A program made the translations under genes and the position numbers. Positions 1 through 8,611 of a DNA stretch of 64,000 nucleotides are shown here, in pieces (position 1 is the first letter of the stretch; each line of letters starts with the position of its first letter). The DNA is from an uncultured Haloferula sp. (GTDB lineage: Bacteria; Verrucomicrobiota; Verrucomicrobiia; Verrucomicrobiales; Akkermansiaceae): positions 32,001 through 96,000 of the forward strand of contig CBFGTS010000016.1 in the NCBI GenBank assembly GCA_965652295.1, in the 5' to 3' direction. The notes beneath the pieces were generated by a model. The model ran no database searches, was not told the origin of the DNA, and saw only the letters and a program-made list of their open reading frames with translations.

Positions 1-1619
1 CTCCCCCGACGGACCTGCTCTACGGTCACTACGAGATTCATGTGGACTACACGCATACTCCGGGGGACCCGGACGCAGGCTGGAGCTTTTCGATTTCCTA
101 TGACGAGGATGATGATTTCAACAACCCGGCGGGGGTGGTGCGGCTGGACCCGACGGTGACGACTCTGGTGGCGGCCCCGAAAACCCGGCAGGTGGTGCCG
201 AATCCGCCCGGGATCTTCTCGCGCTTTGGCCCGGCGGGGACGCGGTTGTGGGTGTTTCCGCAGACGCAGGTGCTGGGGACCGACTACCTGGGCGTGCGGA
301 CGACGATGGCGACTGGAGTTTTCCAAGCGAGGGTGGGCTCGAACTACACGTCGACGGGCCAAGGCAGCATTTCGCTGCGTCTCATTTCCGTGACGGGCAG
401 CGGTCCGGAGGCCGGAGGGCAGGTGGCGATTTGGAAGACGGAGACCTTTGGCTCGGCGGTGTTTTCGTTCGATACGACCGATGGGATCACGGCGGCGGAC
501 GAGATTCCGACCATCCCGGTGACCTCCCACACTCATTACAACTGGGGCTTCACCAAGCCCGGCATCTACGAATTGGAGGTCGAGGCGGTGGGAAAACTGA
601 TGCCGGCTTATGGGAGTACGTTGACCCGCGGGCGTGGCGTGATTCGGTTCTCGGTGCCATTTCCTTCGCGTGCCGGTGGCGGTGCGGAGTGGCGGTTGTT
701 GGCAGGAGCGGACGGATCGCCGGATCTGGCGGTGGCGGTGCCGGCTGAGGATGTGGTCTACCCGTCCGACCGGGTTTTGTTGGAAGCGATGTCGCCGGGT
801 AGCGGCGGCGCGGCGTGGGAAATGGAGCTGGCTCTCGATGCGAGTGCGGCGGACTTCCGGAACGGCGTGGGCCTAGACGTCGGAGCGGTGAATGCCGGAC
901 TCGACGGGGGCGTGTGGACGGAAAGAAAGATTCGGCTCGACGAGGTCCGCGGACCTGGCGCGATGAGTTGGTTGGAGGGTGATGGCGCGGTGCTCATGGA
1001 TTCGCCGGGCGACGAGATTTCTTACAACGGGCCGCGCGCGCTGAAGGCGGTGTTTTCCGCCACCGGGCTCTATCGGGCCGGCCTCACCGTGAGTGGCCTG
1101 CGGAATGGCGAGCCGCAAGCGCGCCGGGTGGAGGTGGTGTTCGGCGCGGGTGTGCCGGTGGAGTTCGGTTACGCAGCGTGGGCGGCGAGCTTCGAAGCAA
1201 CAGGCGGGCTCGCGGCGGGCGCGTTGTCGGATCCGGAGGCGGATGGGGATGGCGATGGTGTATCGAACGGCGTGGAGTTCGCGTTCTTCTGGCACGGCCT
1301 CGATCCCACCCATCCGGATGCGGGACGCATGCCGCGGATGATCCATCGGACGGCGGAGGAGGTGCGATTCTCCTTCCTGCGCGATACTTACAAGGACCCA
1401 CTCGACGAAAGCTCATGGGAGATCCGTTCGCAGGTATCGACGAACCTCCAGAGCTGGACCACCCGTTCTTCGCGAACGCCGGGATTTCCGCTGGGTATAG
1501 TGGAAACCGGATCGCTTGATGAGGGGAATGCCCACGGACGTGTCATGGATCGCCATCTCCGGGTACGCGGCGAAGATCCTGGACGATGGTTCTTCCGCTT
1601 CCGTGTCGATGCTCCCTGA
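1..1619 (+). CDS. 5'-truncated surface protein with choice-of-anchor M (actinobacterial surface-anchored repeat-like) domain and verrucomicrobial C-terminal domain
   Basis: Frame is open from position 3 (PPTDLLYGHYEIHVDY...). Motifs 'LWVFPQTQ..G..YLG' and 'HTHYNWGFTKPGIYELEVEA'. C-terminus 'YAAWAASF..DPEADGDGDGVSNGVEFAF..STNLQSW..FFRFRV'. Confidence 0.75.
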   Translation, partial: PPTDLLYGHYEIHVDYTHTPGDPDAGWSFSISYDEDDDFNNPAGVVRLDPTVTTLVAAPKTRQVVPNPPGIFSRFGPAGTRLWVFPQTQVLGTDYLGVRTTMATGVFQARVGSNYTSTGQGSISLRLISVTGSGPEAGGQVAIWKTETFGSAVFSFDTTDGITAADEIPTIPVTSHTHYNWGFTKPGIYELEVEAVGKLMPAYGSTLTRGRGVIRFSVPFPSRAGGGAEWRLLAGADGSPDLAVAVPAEDVVYPSDRVLLEAMSPGSGGAAWEMELALDASAADFRNGVGLDVGAVNAGLDGGVWTERKIRLDEVRGPGAMSWLEGDGAVLMDSPGDEISYNGPRALKAVFSATGLYRAGLTVSGLRNGEPQARRVEVVFGAGVPVEFGYAAWAASFEATGGLAAGALSDPEADGDGDGVSNGVEFAFFWHGLDPTHPDAGRMPRMIHRTAEEVRFSFLRDTYKDPLDESSWEIRSQVSTNLQSWTTRSSRTPGFPLGIVETGSLDEGNAHGRVMDRHLRVRGEDPGRWFFRFRVDAP

Positions 1620-1699
1620 GCGGGAGTTAGGTTAACTTTAGCGCAAGATTTCGGCAAATCATTCTGGCGACGCGGTGGATGTGCACCTAGCCTAGTTGA

Positions 1700-2233
1700 A
1701 TGGGTGTCGAGGTGGAACCGGTGACCGAAACGAAGGGGAGTATTCCCGGTCGTAAACGGCACCTGCTGCCGCGGGTTCTGGGGATTGGAGCCACCGTTTA
1801 CCTTTCGCTGGCCGTTGCCCTCGGCATCCTTGCGGGGGTGGGGCTGTTCACCTTCGGCTATGGCAAGGGGGCGAGCTATCTCAGCAGCGATCCGGTCTCT
1901 TGCGTGAACTGCCACGTGATGGCCGGTCACTACGATACTTGGCAGAATTCCAGCCACGCCCATGTCGCGGTCTGCAACGACTGCCACCTTCCGCATCATC
2001 CGGTGATGAAATGGGTGACCAAGGCCGACAACGGCTTCTTCCATTCCCTCGCTTTCACCACCGGCGATTTCCACGAGCCGATCCAGATCAAGCCCCGCAA
2101 CCGCCGCGTGACGCAGGGAGCCTGCATGAGCTGCCATGAGGATGTCGTCCACCAGATGCTTCCGGCCGAGCCCGGCGGTGAGATGCTCCAGTGCATCCAG
2201 TGCCACCAGGACGTGGGCCATGCCCTCAAATGA
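1700..2233 (+). CDS. nrfH: Cytochrome c nitrite reductase small subunit (NapC/NirT-family tetraheme, membrane anchor)
   Basis: N-terminal TM helix; four CxxCH motifs (CVNCH, CNDCH, CMSCH, CIQCH); 'YLSSDP..C.NCH.M' and 'W..SSH'. Stop overlaps the next ATG (ATGA at 2230-2233). Confidence 0.95.
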   Translation: MGVEVEPVTETKGSIPGRKRHLLPRVLGIGATVYLSLAVALGILAGVGLFTFGYGKGASYLSSDPVSCVNCHVMAGHYDTWQNSSHAHVAVCNDCHLPHHPVMKWVTKADNGFFHSLAFTTGDFHEPIQIKPRNRRVTQGACMSCHEDVVHQMLPAEPGGEMLQCIQCHQDVGHALK

Positions 2234-3972
2234 CGGGAGAACCTCAAAAAAACCCAACCGATATGAGCGACGAACCAACCTCTCCGAAGAACGATACAAG
2301 CCGTAGAAACCGCCGGTGGTTTCTGGCCGTCGGTGCGCTGATCGTGATCGTGGCGCTGGGGACCTTCGGCATCACGGCCCTGCTGGTGAACATCTTCGAG
2401 CACAAGCAGGAGGCACAGCGGCCCTTCGTCCGGCTGGAGGAAGTCGATGAAACGACGACCGATCCGGTGCCGTGGGGCGTGAACTGGCCGCATCAGTTCG
2501 ACACCTACCGCCAGAGCGTGGACACCACCGAGACGACCTATGGCGGGTCGAGCGCGATGCCGGAGAGCAAGCTTGAGCAGCACCCCTGGCTGCGGCGGCT
2601 GTATTCCGGATATGCCTTCAGCATCGATTACCGCGAAGCACGTGGCCATGCCTACATGCTCCATGATCAGGAGGTGACGGAGCGCGTCGCACAAGCCCGC
2701 CAGAGCGGTGCCTGCCTGCATTGCCATGCATCGGCGATTCCGACCTATCGCCGGCTCGGACTGGAAGCGATGGGCCGGGACGCGAGCCCCGAGACCCTGG
2801 CGTCGTCTTTCGACTGGCCCGCGGTGCTGGAGGGTTTCCGCGTCGCGAGTGCGATGGACTACGCTGCGGCCCACGCCGAACTGCTGAAAACCCCGGACGG
2901 CACGCCGGGTGAGAATCTGCCGCTGTTTCCCGGAGGCTCGATCACTCCCGCAACGCCGCAGGCACCCGCTGCCGACCCGCACGCGATGGGCGAGGCCCAT
3001 CCGGTGAGCTGTGTGGATTGCCATGATCCGCGGACGATGAAGGTGCGGGTGACGCGGCCCGGCTTCGTGCTCGGGATTGCCAAGCTCGCCGAGAGCGCCG
3101 ACCCGGTGCCGCACCTGCCCAGCATCGGGCGCTGGCGCGATGGTGGCCGCAAGGACCCCTACAACCCGAACGAAATGGCGACCCGGCAGGAGATGCGCAC
3201 GATGGTCTGCGCCCAGTGCCATGTGGAATACTACTGTGCCACGAAAGAAACCCTGTTCTTCCCGTGGGGCAAGGGCCTCAAGGTGGAGGACATCGAGGCC
3301 TCCTACGACGAGCACCGTTTTGCCGATGGCTCCGAGTTCTACGACTACATCCATGGTGAAACCGGCGCTCCCGTTTACAAAGCGCAGCACCCGGAATTCG
3401 AGCTGTGGAGCCAGGGCGTCCATGCGCGGGCCGGGGTGAGCTGCACGGACTGCCACATGCCCTACGAGCGCGCCGGCGCGATGAAGGTGACCAACCACTG
3501 GGTGCGCAGCCCGAAGCTCAACATCAACAACGCCTGCCAGACCTGCCACAACGTTTCCGAAGACGAGCTGCGGGACCGGATCAACACCATCCAGGATCGG
3601 ACGGTGCGGCTGCAGGAACGGGCGGCGGAGGCGATGACCGACATGCTCGACGCCATCCGCAGCGCCCAGGCCGCGGGTGCCGCGGAGGAACAACTCGAAG
3701 AAATCTTCGATCTCCAGAAGAAGGCGATGTGGCGGCTCGATTTCATCAGCAGCGAGAACTCGAAGGGCTTTCACGCCGACCAGGAGTCGGCGCGGATTCT
3801 CGCCGAATCGATCGACTTCAGCCGAAAGGCCCAAGCGCTCGCGATCTACCTCCGCGCTCCGCAAACTCCGCCCGCGCAGACGCCCGCGGAGCCGGTGCAC
3901 GGGGTCACCCCTACGGAAAGTGCGCCGCCGGCTCCATCGACGACCCCACCCGTGGCACCTGTCGATCCGTGA
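2230..3972 (+). CDS. nrfA: Ammonia-forming pentaheme cytochrome c nitrite reductase (CxxCH-type heme 1)
   Basis: Five CxxCH motifs (CLHCH, CVDCH, CAQCHVEYY, CTDCH, CQTCH); 'GYAFSIDYREARGH', 'KAQHPEFE', 'SENSKGFHA'. Start is 2230 or 2263. Confidence 0.95.
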   Translation: MTGEPQKNPTDMSDEPTSPKNDTSRRNRRWFLAVGALIVIVALGTFGITALLVNIFEHKQEAQRPFVRLEEVDETTTDPVPWGVNWPHQFDTYRQSVDTTETTYGGSSAMPESKLEQHPWLRRLYSGYAFSIDYREARGHAYMLHDQEVTERVAQARQSGACLHCHASAIPTYRRLGLEAMGRDASPETLASSFDWPAVLEGFRVASAMDYAAAHAELLKTPDGTPGENLPLFPGGSITPATPQAPAADPHAMGEAHPVSCVDCHDPRTMKVRVTRPGFVLGIAKLAESADPVPHLPSIGRWRDGGRKDPYNPNEMATRQEMRTMVCAQCHVEYYCATKETLFFPWGKGLKVEDIEASYDEHRFADGSEFYDYIHGETGAPVYKAQHPEFELWSQGVHARAGVSCTDCHMPYERAGAMKVTNHWVRSPKLNINNACQTCHNVSEDELRDRINTIQDRTVRLQERAAEAMTDMLDAIRSAQAAGAAEEQLEEIFDLQKKAMWRLDFISSENSKGFHADQESARILAESIDFSRKAQALAIYLRAPQTPPAQTPAEPVHGVTPTESAPPAPSTTPPVAPVDP

Positions 3973-3983
3973 GCTGCGGGTTC

Positions 3984-4015
3984 AAAAAAGGCGGGACCGG
4001 TTTCCCGATCCCGCC
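3984..4015 (-). terminator. Intrinsic terminator between the convergent nrfA and PEP-CTERM genes
   Basis: Stem GGCGGGA..TCCCGCC preceded by AAAAAA, which reads as a U-tract on the minus strand. Confidence 0.6.
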
Positions 4016-4050
4016 TGCCTTATTCGATTTCCGATCCGGGAAAAAACTCC

Positions 4051-4785
4051 TCAGCCGAGACGCCGGCGGCGCATGCAGAAGGCGAGGCCGCCGAGGCCAC
4101 CGAGAAGCGCGGTGGAGGGCTCGGGCACGACCTGGAAGGTGAAGGTGCCGCTATCCGACATGAAGCCATCGGTCACATGCGTGCCGGTAACGCTGAGATC
4201 CACCGTCCAGGTGCCGGGCTCCGAGAAGCCGTAGTTGAAGTGGGCGTGGACCCCGGCCGGCAGAGCCAGGGTGTTCTCACCGGTCGCGGTGGAAAAGTGG
4301 AAGGTCGGATTGCCGAAGGAATCGCTGTCCCACACGCTGAAGTGGCCACTGCCGGACGGCGAAACCACCGAGTTCAAGGTGAAGACGATGTTTCCCACCC
4401 AGTCGTCCGCGGCGAGTTCCTCGGTGGCGATGCCGAGGAACGGCGTGTCCGCCATGGAACTGATCGGCAGCACCCACAGGCTGCCGCCCGCCGCAACGCC
4501 CGTGCCCGCCTCAAGTGCGGGAGCCGTCGGCATCAAAAGTTCGGTGCTGGATGGCACGAATGTCACGAGCTCACCGGGCTCGTATTCCACGCCATCCACG
4601 CCGCCCACCGGACTGCCATCGACGATGGCCGTGGAGCCGATGTGGTAGTGGAAATGGAACTCAGGGCCGGAGCCCTCGTCCTCGTAGGCGATGCCGATGT
4701 CGCCGTGTCCGGCGGTGTAGTTGGCGGCGGAAACCGGGGCGGTGAGGGCGGTCGCGAGGACCGGAAGCAAGGTCAGGTGTTTCAT
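4051..4785 (-). CDS. PEP-CTERM-anchored protein with choice-of-anchor M-type His-rich domain
   Basis: Signal peptide MKHLTLLPVLATALTAPVSA; 'GHGDIG', 'HFHYH', 'HAHFNYGFSEPGTW'; C-terminal VPEPS + TM helix + RRRR. Confidence 0.9.
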   Translation of the reverse strand: MKHLTLLPVLATALTAPVSAANYTAGHGDIGIAYEDEGSGPEFHFHYHIGSTAIVDGSPVGGVDGVEYEPGELVTFVPSSTELLMPTAPALEAGTGVAAGGSLWVLPISSMADTPFLGIATEELAADDWVGNIVFTLNSVVSPSGSGHFSVWDSDSFGNPTFHFSTATGENTLALPAGVHAHFNYGFSEPGTWTVDLSVTGTHVTDGFMSDSGTFTFQVVPEPSTALLGGLGGLAFCMRRRRLG

Positions 4786-4803
4786 CACGGCCGCGACCGT
4801 TAT

Positions 4804-4848
4804 CGCAAAACTTTTGCGTTTCAAGCAATAAAGTGCAATCTGAGTGCA
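4804..4848. promoter_or_regulatory. Two candidate Zur/Fur-family boxes (TGCAA-N5-TTGCA-like)
   Basis: Perfect 7-1-7 palindrome CGCAAAACTTTTGCG (4804-4818) and TGCAATCTGAGTGCA (4834-4848), in an AT-rich patch just upstream of the PEP-CTERM start. Confidence 0.55.
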
Positions 4849-4927
4849 AAAGCACAATGGAGACATTACGGGATGCATCGATTGGGTTTTGACATCGGCT
4901 GCGGGAGGTTCCGACATGGAGCGACCG

Positions 4928-5962
4928 ATGAAGAAGCGTTTCCTGATGCCGCTCTTGGCCGCGACGCTCGGGGCCCTGTCCGCGGCTCCCGAAGAAAAGG
5001 ACATGGCCGCCTACCTCATGGTTTACTTCAAGGACGCCACGCACAGCCTCTACTTTGCGCTAAGTTCGGACGGCTATGCATTCACCGACGTCAATGGGGG
5101 TGAGCCGATGATGGGCGGCGGTGCACTGGCCGAGCAGCAGGGCATCCGCGATCCCCACATCACCCGCGGCCCGGATGGGGCGTTCTATCTCGCGATGACG
5201 GACCTGCACATTTTCGCGCAGCGCGACGGATTGCGGGACACCGAGTGGCAGCGCGACGGGGCCGCCTACGGATGGGGAAACAACCGCGCCCTCGTTCTCA
5301 TGAAGTCGGGCGATCTGATCGAGTGGACGAAGACGAGCCTGCGGGTCGATCAAGCCTACGCCGGCCTTGAGGACATCGGCTGCGCCTGGGCTCCGGAAAC
5401 GATCTACGACGAGAAGGAGGGCAGGATGATGCTCTACTTCACCATGCGCTTCGGCAACGGACCGAACCGCGTCTACTACGCTTACACCGACGACGAGTTC
5501 ACCCGCCTGGTCAGCAAGCCCGAGCTGCTGTTCTGGTACCCGAAGGAGGTTTCCTATATCGATGCCGACATCACCCGTGTGGGCGGCACCTACCATCTTT
5601 TCTACGACCCGCACGACGGCGGCGCGGGGATCAAGCACATGGCGTCCGAGAGCCTGACCAAAGGCTACGTCTACGAGCCGGAGTGGGTCGATCCGGAGCC
5701 GAAAGCCTGTGAAGCTCCGAACCTGTGGAAGCGCATCGGCGAGGAGAAATGGGTGTTGATGTACGACGTCTATGGTATCCAGCCTCACAATTTCGGCTTC
5801 AGCGAGACCTCCGACTTCAAGACCTGGAAGAACCTCGGCCGCTTCAACGAAGGCGTGATGAAGGCGACCAATTTCGAAACGCCGAAGCATGGCTCGGTGA
5901 TCCACCTGACGAAGGCCGAAGCCGATCGCCTCGCCCGCCACTGGAAACTGGAATCCTACTGA
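4928..5962 (+). CDS. Secreted GH43-like five-bladed beta-propeller glycoside hydrolase
   Basis: Signal peptide; 'IRDPHI', 'CAWAPE', 'IDADI', 'CEAP', 'PKHGSV'. Confidence 0.85.
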   Translation: MKKRFLMPLLAATLGALSAAPEEKDMAAYLMVYFKDATHSLYFALSSDGYAFTDVNGGEPMMGGGALAEQQGIRDPHITRGPDGAFYLAMTDLHIFAQRDGLRDTEWQRDGAAYGWGNNRALVLMKSGDLIEWTKTSLRVDQAYAGLEDIGCAWAPETIYDEKEGRMMLYFTMRFGNGPNRVYYAYTDDEFTRLVSKPELLFWYPKEVSYIDADITRVGGTYHLFYDPHDGGAGIKHMASESLTKGYVYEPEWVDPEPKACEAPNLWKRIGEEKWVLMYDVYGIQPHNFGFSETSDFKTWKNLGRFNEGVMKATNFETPKHGSVIHLTKAEADRLARHWKLESY

Positions 5963-6009
5963 GCGTGAGGCCAGTCCTTCCTTTCGGATGTTCGCCGCCC
6001 GGTTGAGCG

Positions 6010-7374
6010 TCAGTAAACGGCGACTTCCCAGACGGAGGCGTCCATCATCGAGTCATCGAAGACGACGCGCAGCCAGCGGGTGGTGGCGTCGAGCTGGATG
6101 GTGATGGGCGAACCGGCGATTTGGTCGACCTGCGCCCCCGGAATAGATGTCCAGCTTTCACCGTCGGCGGAGCTTTCGACGGTGAACGAGCAGGGCTTCC
6201 AGGCGTACTCCGGCCGGAGGACGAGGGTTCGGACGGATTTCTTTTCGCCGAGGTCGAGCTTGAGCCAGCCACCTTTCGCGTCCTTGGTCACGGCCCAACG
6301 GGTGGCGTAGTTGTCGTCGAGGGCGAAGTCCGGCGAGGTTTTGTCGTCGCGCTGCGAGCAGGCGGAGATGGAGCGGATCAGGTTTTTCCGGTCCGCTGCG
6401 CGACCTTGGACGAAGTCCGGCCCGTCGTGGGTCGGGAGCACCGTTTCGATGCCGCCATCGGGTGTGAAGCGGAGTTCATCGATGCAGATCTGGCGGCCGA
6501 TGAAGCCGGGATCGAACGGCACCGAGTGACGGTGGTAGAGAATGTAGTGGCGGCCATCGCGCTCCATGACGGCGTGGTGGCCGGGGGAGATCACGTCGAT
6601 GGCCTCCTGGGTCGTGAGGATGGGGCTGTTTTCACCCTCGGTGAAGGGACCGAAGGGCGTTTTGCCGACGGCGTAGTGGACCTGGTAGGTTTCCCGATCG
6701 GTGCGGCCGCTTGAATACATCAGGAAGTAGCGGTCGTTGTGTTTCACCATGAAGGGGGCTTCGAAGTAGTTCGCGGGCGTGACGTCGCGGACCTCGCCGT
6801 CGAAGGTCACCATGTCGGGCTTCAGCTTCACGGCCCAGCACTTGCCGTTGACCCAGTTCCAGCCGGAGCCCCAGTAGAGGTAGGCTTGGCCGTCATCGTC
6901 GATGAAGGCTTCGGCATCGATCATGTGGAAGCCGGGCCGGAAGTCTTCGGGGATGAGCGGCTTGTCGCCGAGGGCGTTCTTCCATGGCCCGGTGGGATGT
7001 TCCGCCACGCCGGCCCAGATTTCGTTGCCCACGGAGACGTACATGTAGAACCGGCCGTCCTTGCCCTTCACCACCGAGGGCGCCCAGACCATGGCCTGCT
7101 TGGAAGTCGGGCTGGTGCAGGCGGCCTTGGTGGGCCAGTTCAGCGGAGCGAAGGTCCACTGCTTGAAGTCGGCGGACTCCCAGCAGCCGAGTGTTTCCCC
7201 GCCCCACGGGTCGAGGGTGGCGTAGAGGTAGTGTTTTCCGTCCGCGAGCACATGGCTCGGGTCCGCATAGTAGCCGGGAAGAATGGGATTGGTTCGTCCG
7301 GCCTGCCGGGCGGGAACGGTCTGGGCATGGGTCATGAGGGTGAGGGCGAGGAAGGGCAGCAGACGCGTTTTCAT
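6010..7374 (-). CDS. GH43 glycoside hydrolase with C-terminal F5/8 type C (CBM32-like) domain
   Basis: 'NPILPGYYADP', 'WAPSV', 'IDAEAFIDDDGQAYLYWG', 'FEAP', 'PGHH'; C-terminal 'ALDDNYATRW...WLKLDLG'. Confidence 0.9.
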   Translation of the reverse strand: MKTRLLPFLALTLMTHAQTVPARQAGRTNPILPGYYADPSHVLADGKHYLYATLDPWGGETLGCWESADFKQWTFAPLNWPTKAACTSPTSKQAMVWAPSVVKGKDGRFYMYVSVGNEIWAGVAEHPTGPWKNALGDKPLIPEDFRPGFHMIDAEAFIDDDGQAYLYWGSGWNWVNGKCWAVKLKPDMVTFDGEVRDVTPANYFEAPFMVKHNDRYFLMYSSGRTDRETYQVHYAVGKTPFGPFTEGENSPILTTQEAIDVISPGHHAVMERDGRHYILYHRHSVPFDPGFIGRQICIDELRFTPDGGIETVLPTHDGPDFVQGRAADRKNLIRSISACSQRDDKTSPDFALDDNYATRWAVTKDAKGGWLKLDLGEKKSVRTLVLRPEYAWKPCSFTVESSADGESWTSIPGAQVDQIAGSPITIQLDATTRWLRVVFDDSMMDASVWEVAVY

Positions 7375-7436
7375 GAGGATGGATGAATCGGGAGCGGGGA
7401 GAGTCTGGCTGCTTTCCGTGGCCGGGGGAAACCGGT

Positions 7437-8528
7437 TTATCCGGCATCCATGCCAGCTCGGGGAGAGTGGGGCGGTGGCTGGCCTCCCGCACGTCCGCGG
7501 TTTCTCCATCGCTCCACCGGCACCTCGATGTAACGCCAGGAAAGCCAGCAGAGTCCCCAGGACGCGAGTGCGAAAACGGCCATCTTCAGCGCGCTGGTGG
7601 CGTGGCTTTCCGGCAGGTGCCAGAGGAACGGGATCACCCATCCGAGCGCGAGCGGCACCAGCGAGTGGAGCAGGTAGAGCGAGTAGCTGATTTTCGCGAT
7701 GTGCTGCGTCCCGCGATGCTGCAAGAGAGCCGCCAGCCACCTCGGCAGGCCGGAAAGGCTGGCGGCGATCAGTCCGCAGAGCGCGACGGTGAGAAAGGTC
7801 TGCTTGAAGTAACGAATGCCGGCGATCGGATGCCGCGCCTCTTCCAGGGCGTAAAGTACGACGTAGATCGTACCCGAAATCCAGGCGGTGGTTTTCAGAC
7901 GCCGGTCATCGGGCGCCATGCCCCGCTGCATCAGCACGGCCAGCAGCGCTCCGAGGCCGAGGTAGTCGAGACTGCACGACGTGACCGCGCCAGCCAGGGG
8001 CAAGTGGGGGAATTCCCTCACCAGGATGAACCGCGAGAGCGGAGCCAGTGCCGCGGTGGCGAGGCAGGCGGGTGCGAGCAGGCGCGTGGGGAGCGCGAGG
8101 ACGACCAGCGGCCACAGCAGGTAGAACTGCGATTGGATAGCGAGCGTCCAGTAGTGGGAGGTGCCCGAAGGCCATTCCGTCAGGGTGGCGATGTGGAAAT
8201 TCGCGAGCTGGAGCAGGTACCACCACGGATGGGCGATGAAATCCGGAGCACGTACGATCCAGGCGAAGACGAAGGCGGCGAAGCAGGGAATGAGGATCCG
8301 CAGGGCCCGGCGGCGGATCATGATCGAGTAGAGATTGGGTTTCCCCGCGGCGCGGTCGCGCAGGACCACGCGGGTGACGAAGAAGCCGGTGAGGGTGAGG
8401 AAAAAGTAGAGCCCGGTTTCGAAAGGCAGCGGTGTTTCCCAAGCATCGGGGATCCAGTGCAGCCACATCACGCCCAGCACGCCAAAGGCCCGCCAGCCGT
8501 CGAGTTGGGTATTGCGCTTCGTGGCCAC
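7437..8528 (-). CDS. Acyltransferase family 3 (OafA-like) membrane protein
   Basis: 'LDGWRAF', 'RRALRI', 'HYWTLAIQSQFYLLWP', 'ISYSLYLLH', 'SWRYIEVP'. GTG start is inferred. Confidence 0.85.
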   Translation of the reverse strand: MATKRNTQLDGWRAFGVLGVMWLHWIPDAWETPLPFETGLYFFLTLTGFFVTRVVLRDRAAGKPNLYSIMIRRRALRILIPCFAAFVFAWIVRAPDFIAHPWWYLLQLANFHIATLTEWPSGTSHYWTLAIQSQFYLLWPLVVLALPTRLLAPACLATAALAPLSRFILVREFPHLPLAGAVTSCSLDYLGLGALLAVLMQRGMAPDDRRLKTTAWISGTIYVVLYALEEARHPIAGIRYFKQTFLTVALCGLIAASLSGLPRWLAALLQHRGTQHIAKISYSLYLLHSLVPLALGWVIPFLWHLPESHATSALKMAVFALASWGLCWLSWRYIEVPVERWRNRGRAGGQPPPHSPRAGMDAG

Positions 8529-8611
8529 GGCGGGGGTTCTAGGTGGCGGGCTCCGATAGGGACAGGGCAAATCGCCGCGGGCCCCACACGCCGCCTTCCC
8601 CTCAACGGAAC

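Noticed and set aside
1642..1660. CGCAAGATTTCGGCA / GATTT-CGGC-AAATC upstream of nrfH as an operator
   Set aside because: Short, single, and a weak match to either Zur-like or FNR consensus.
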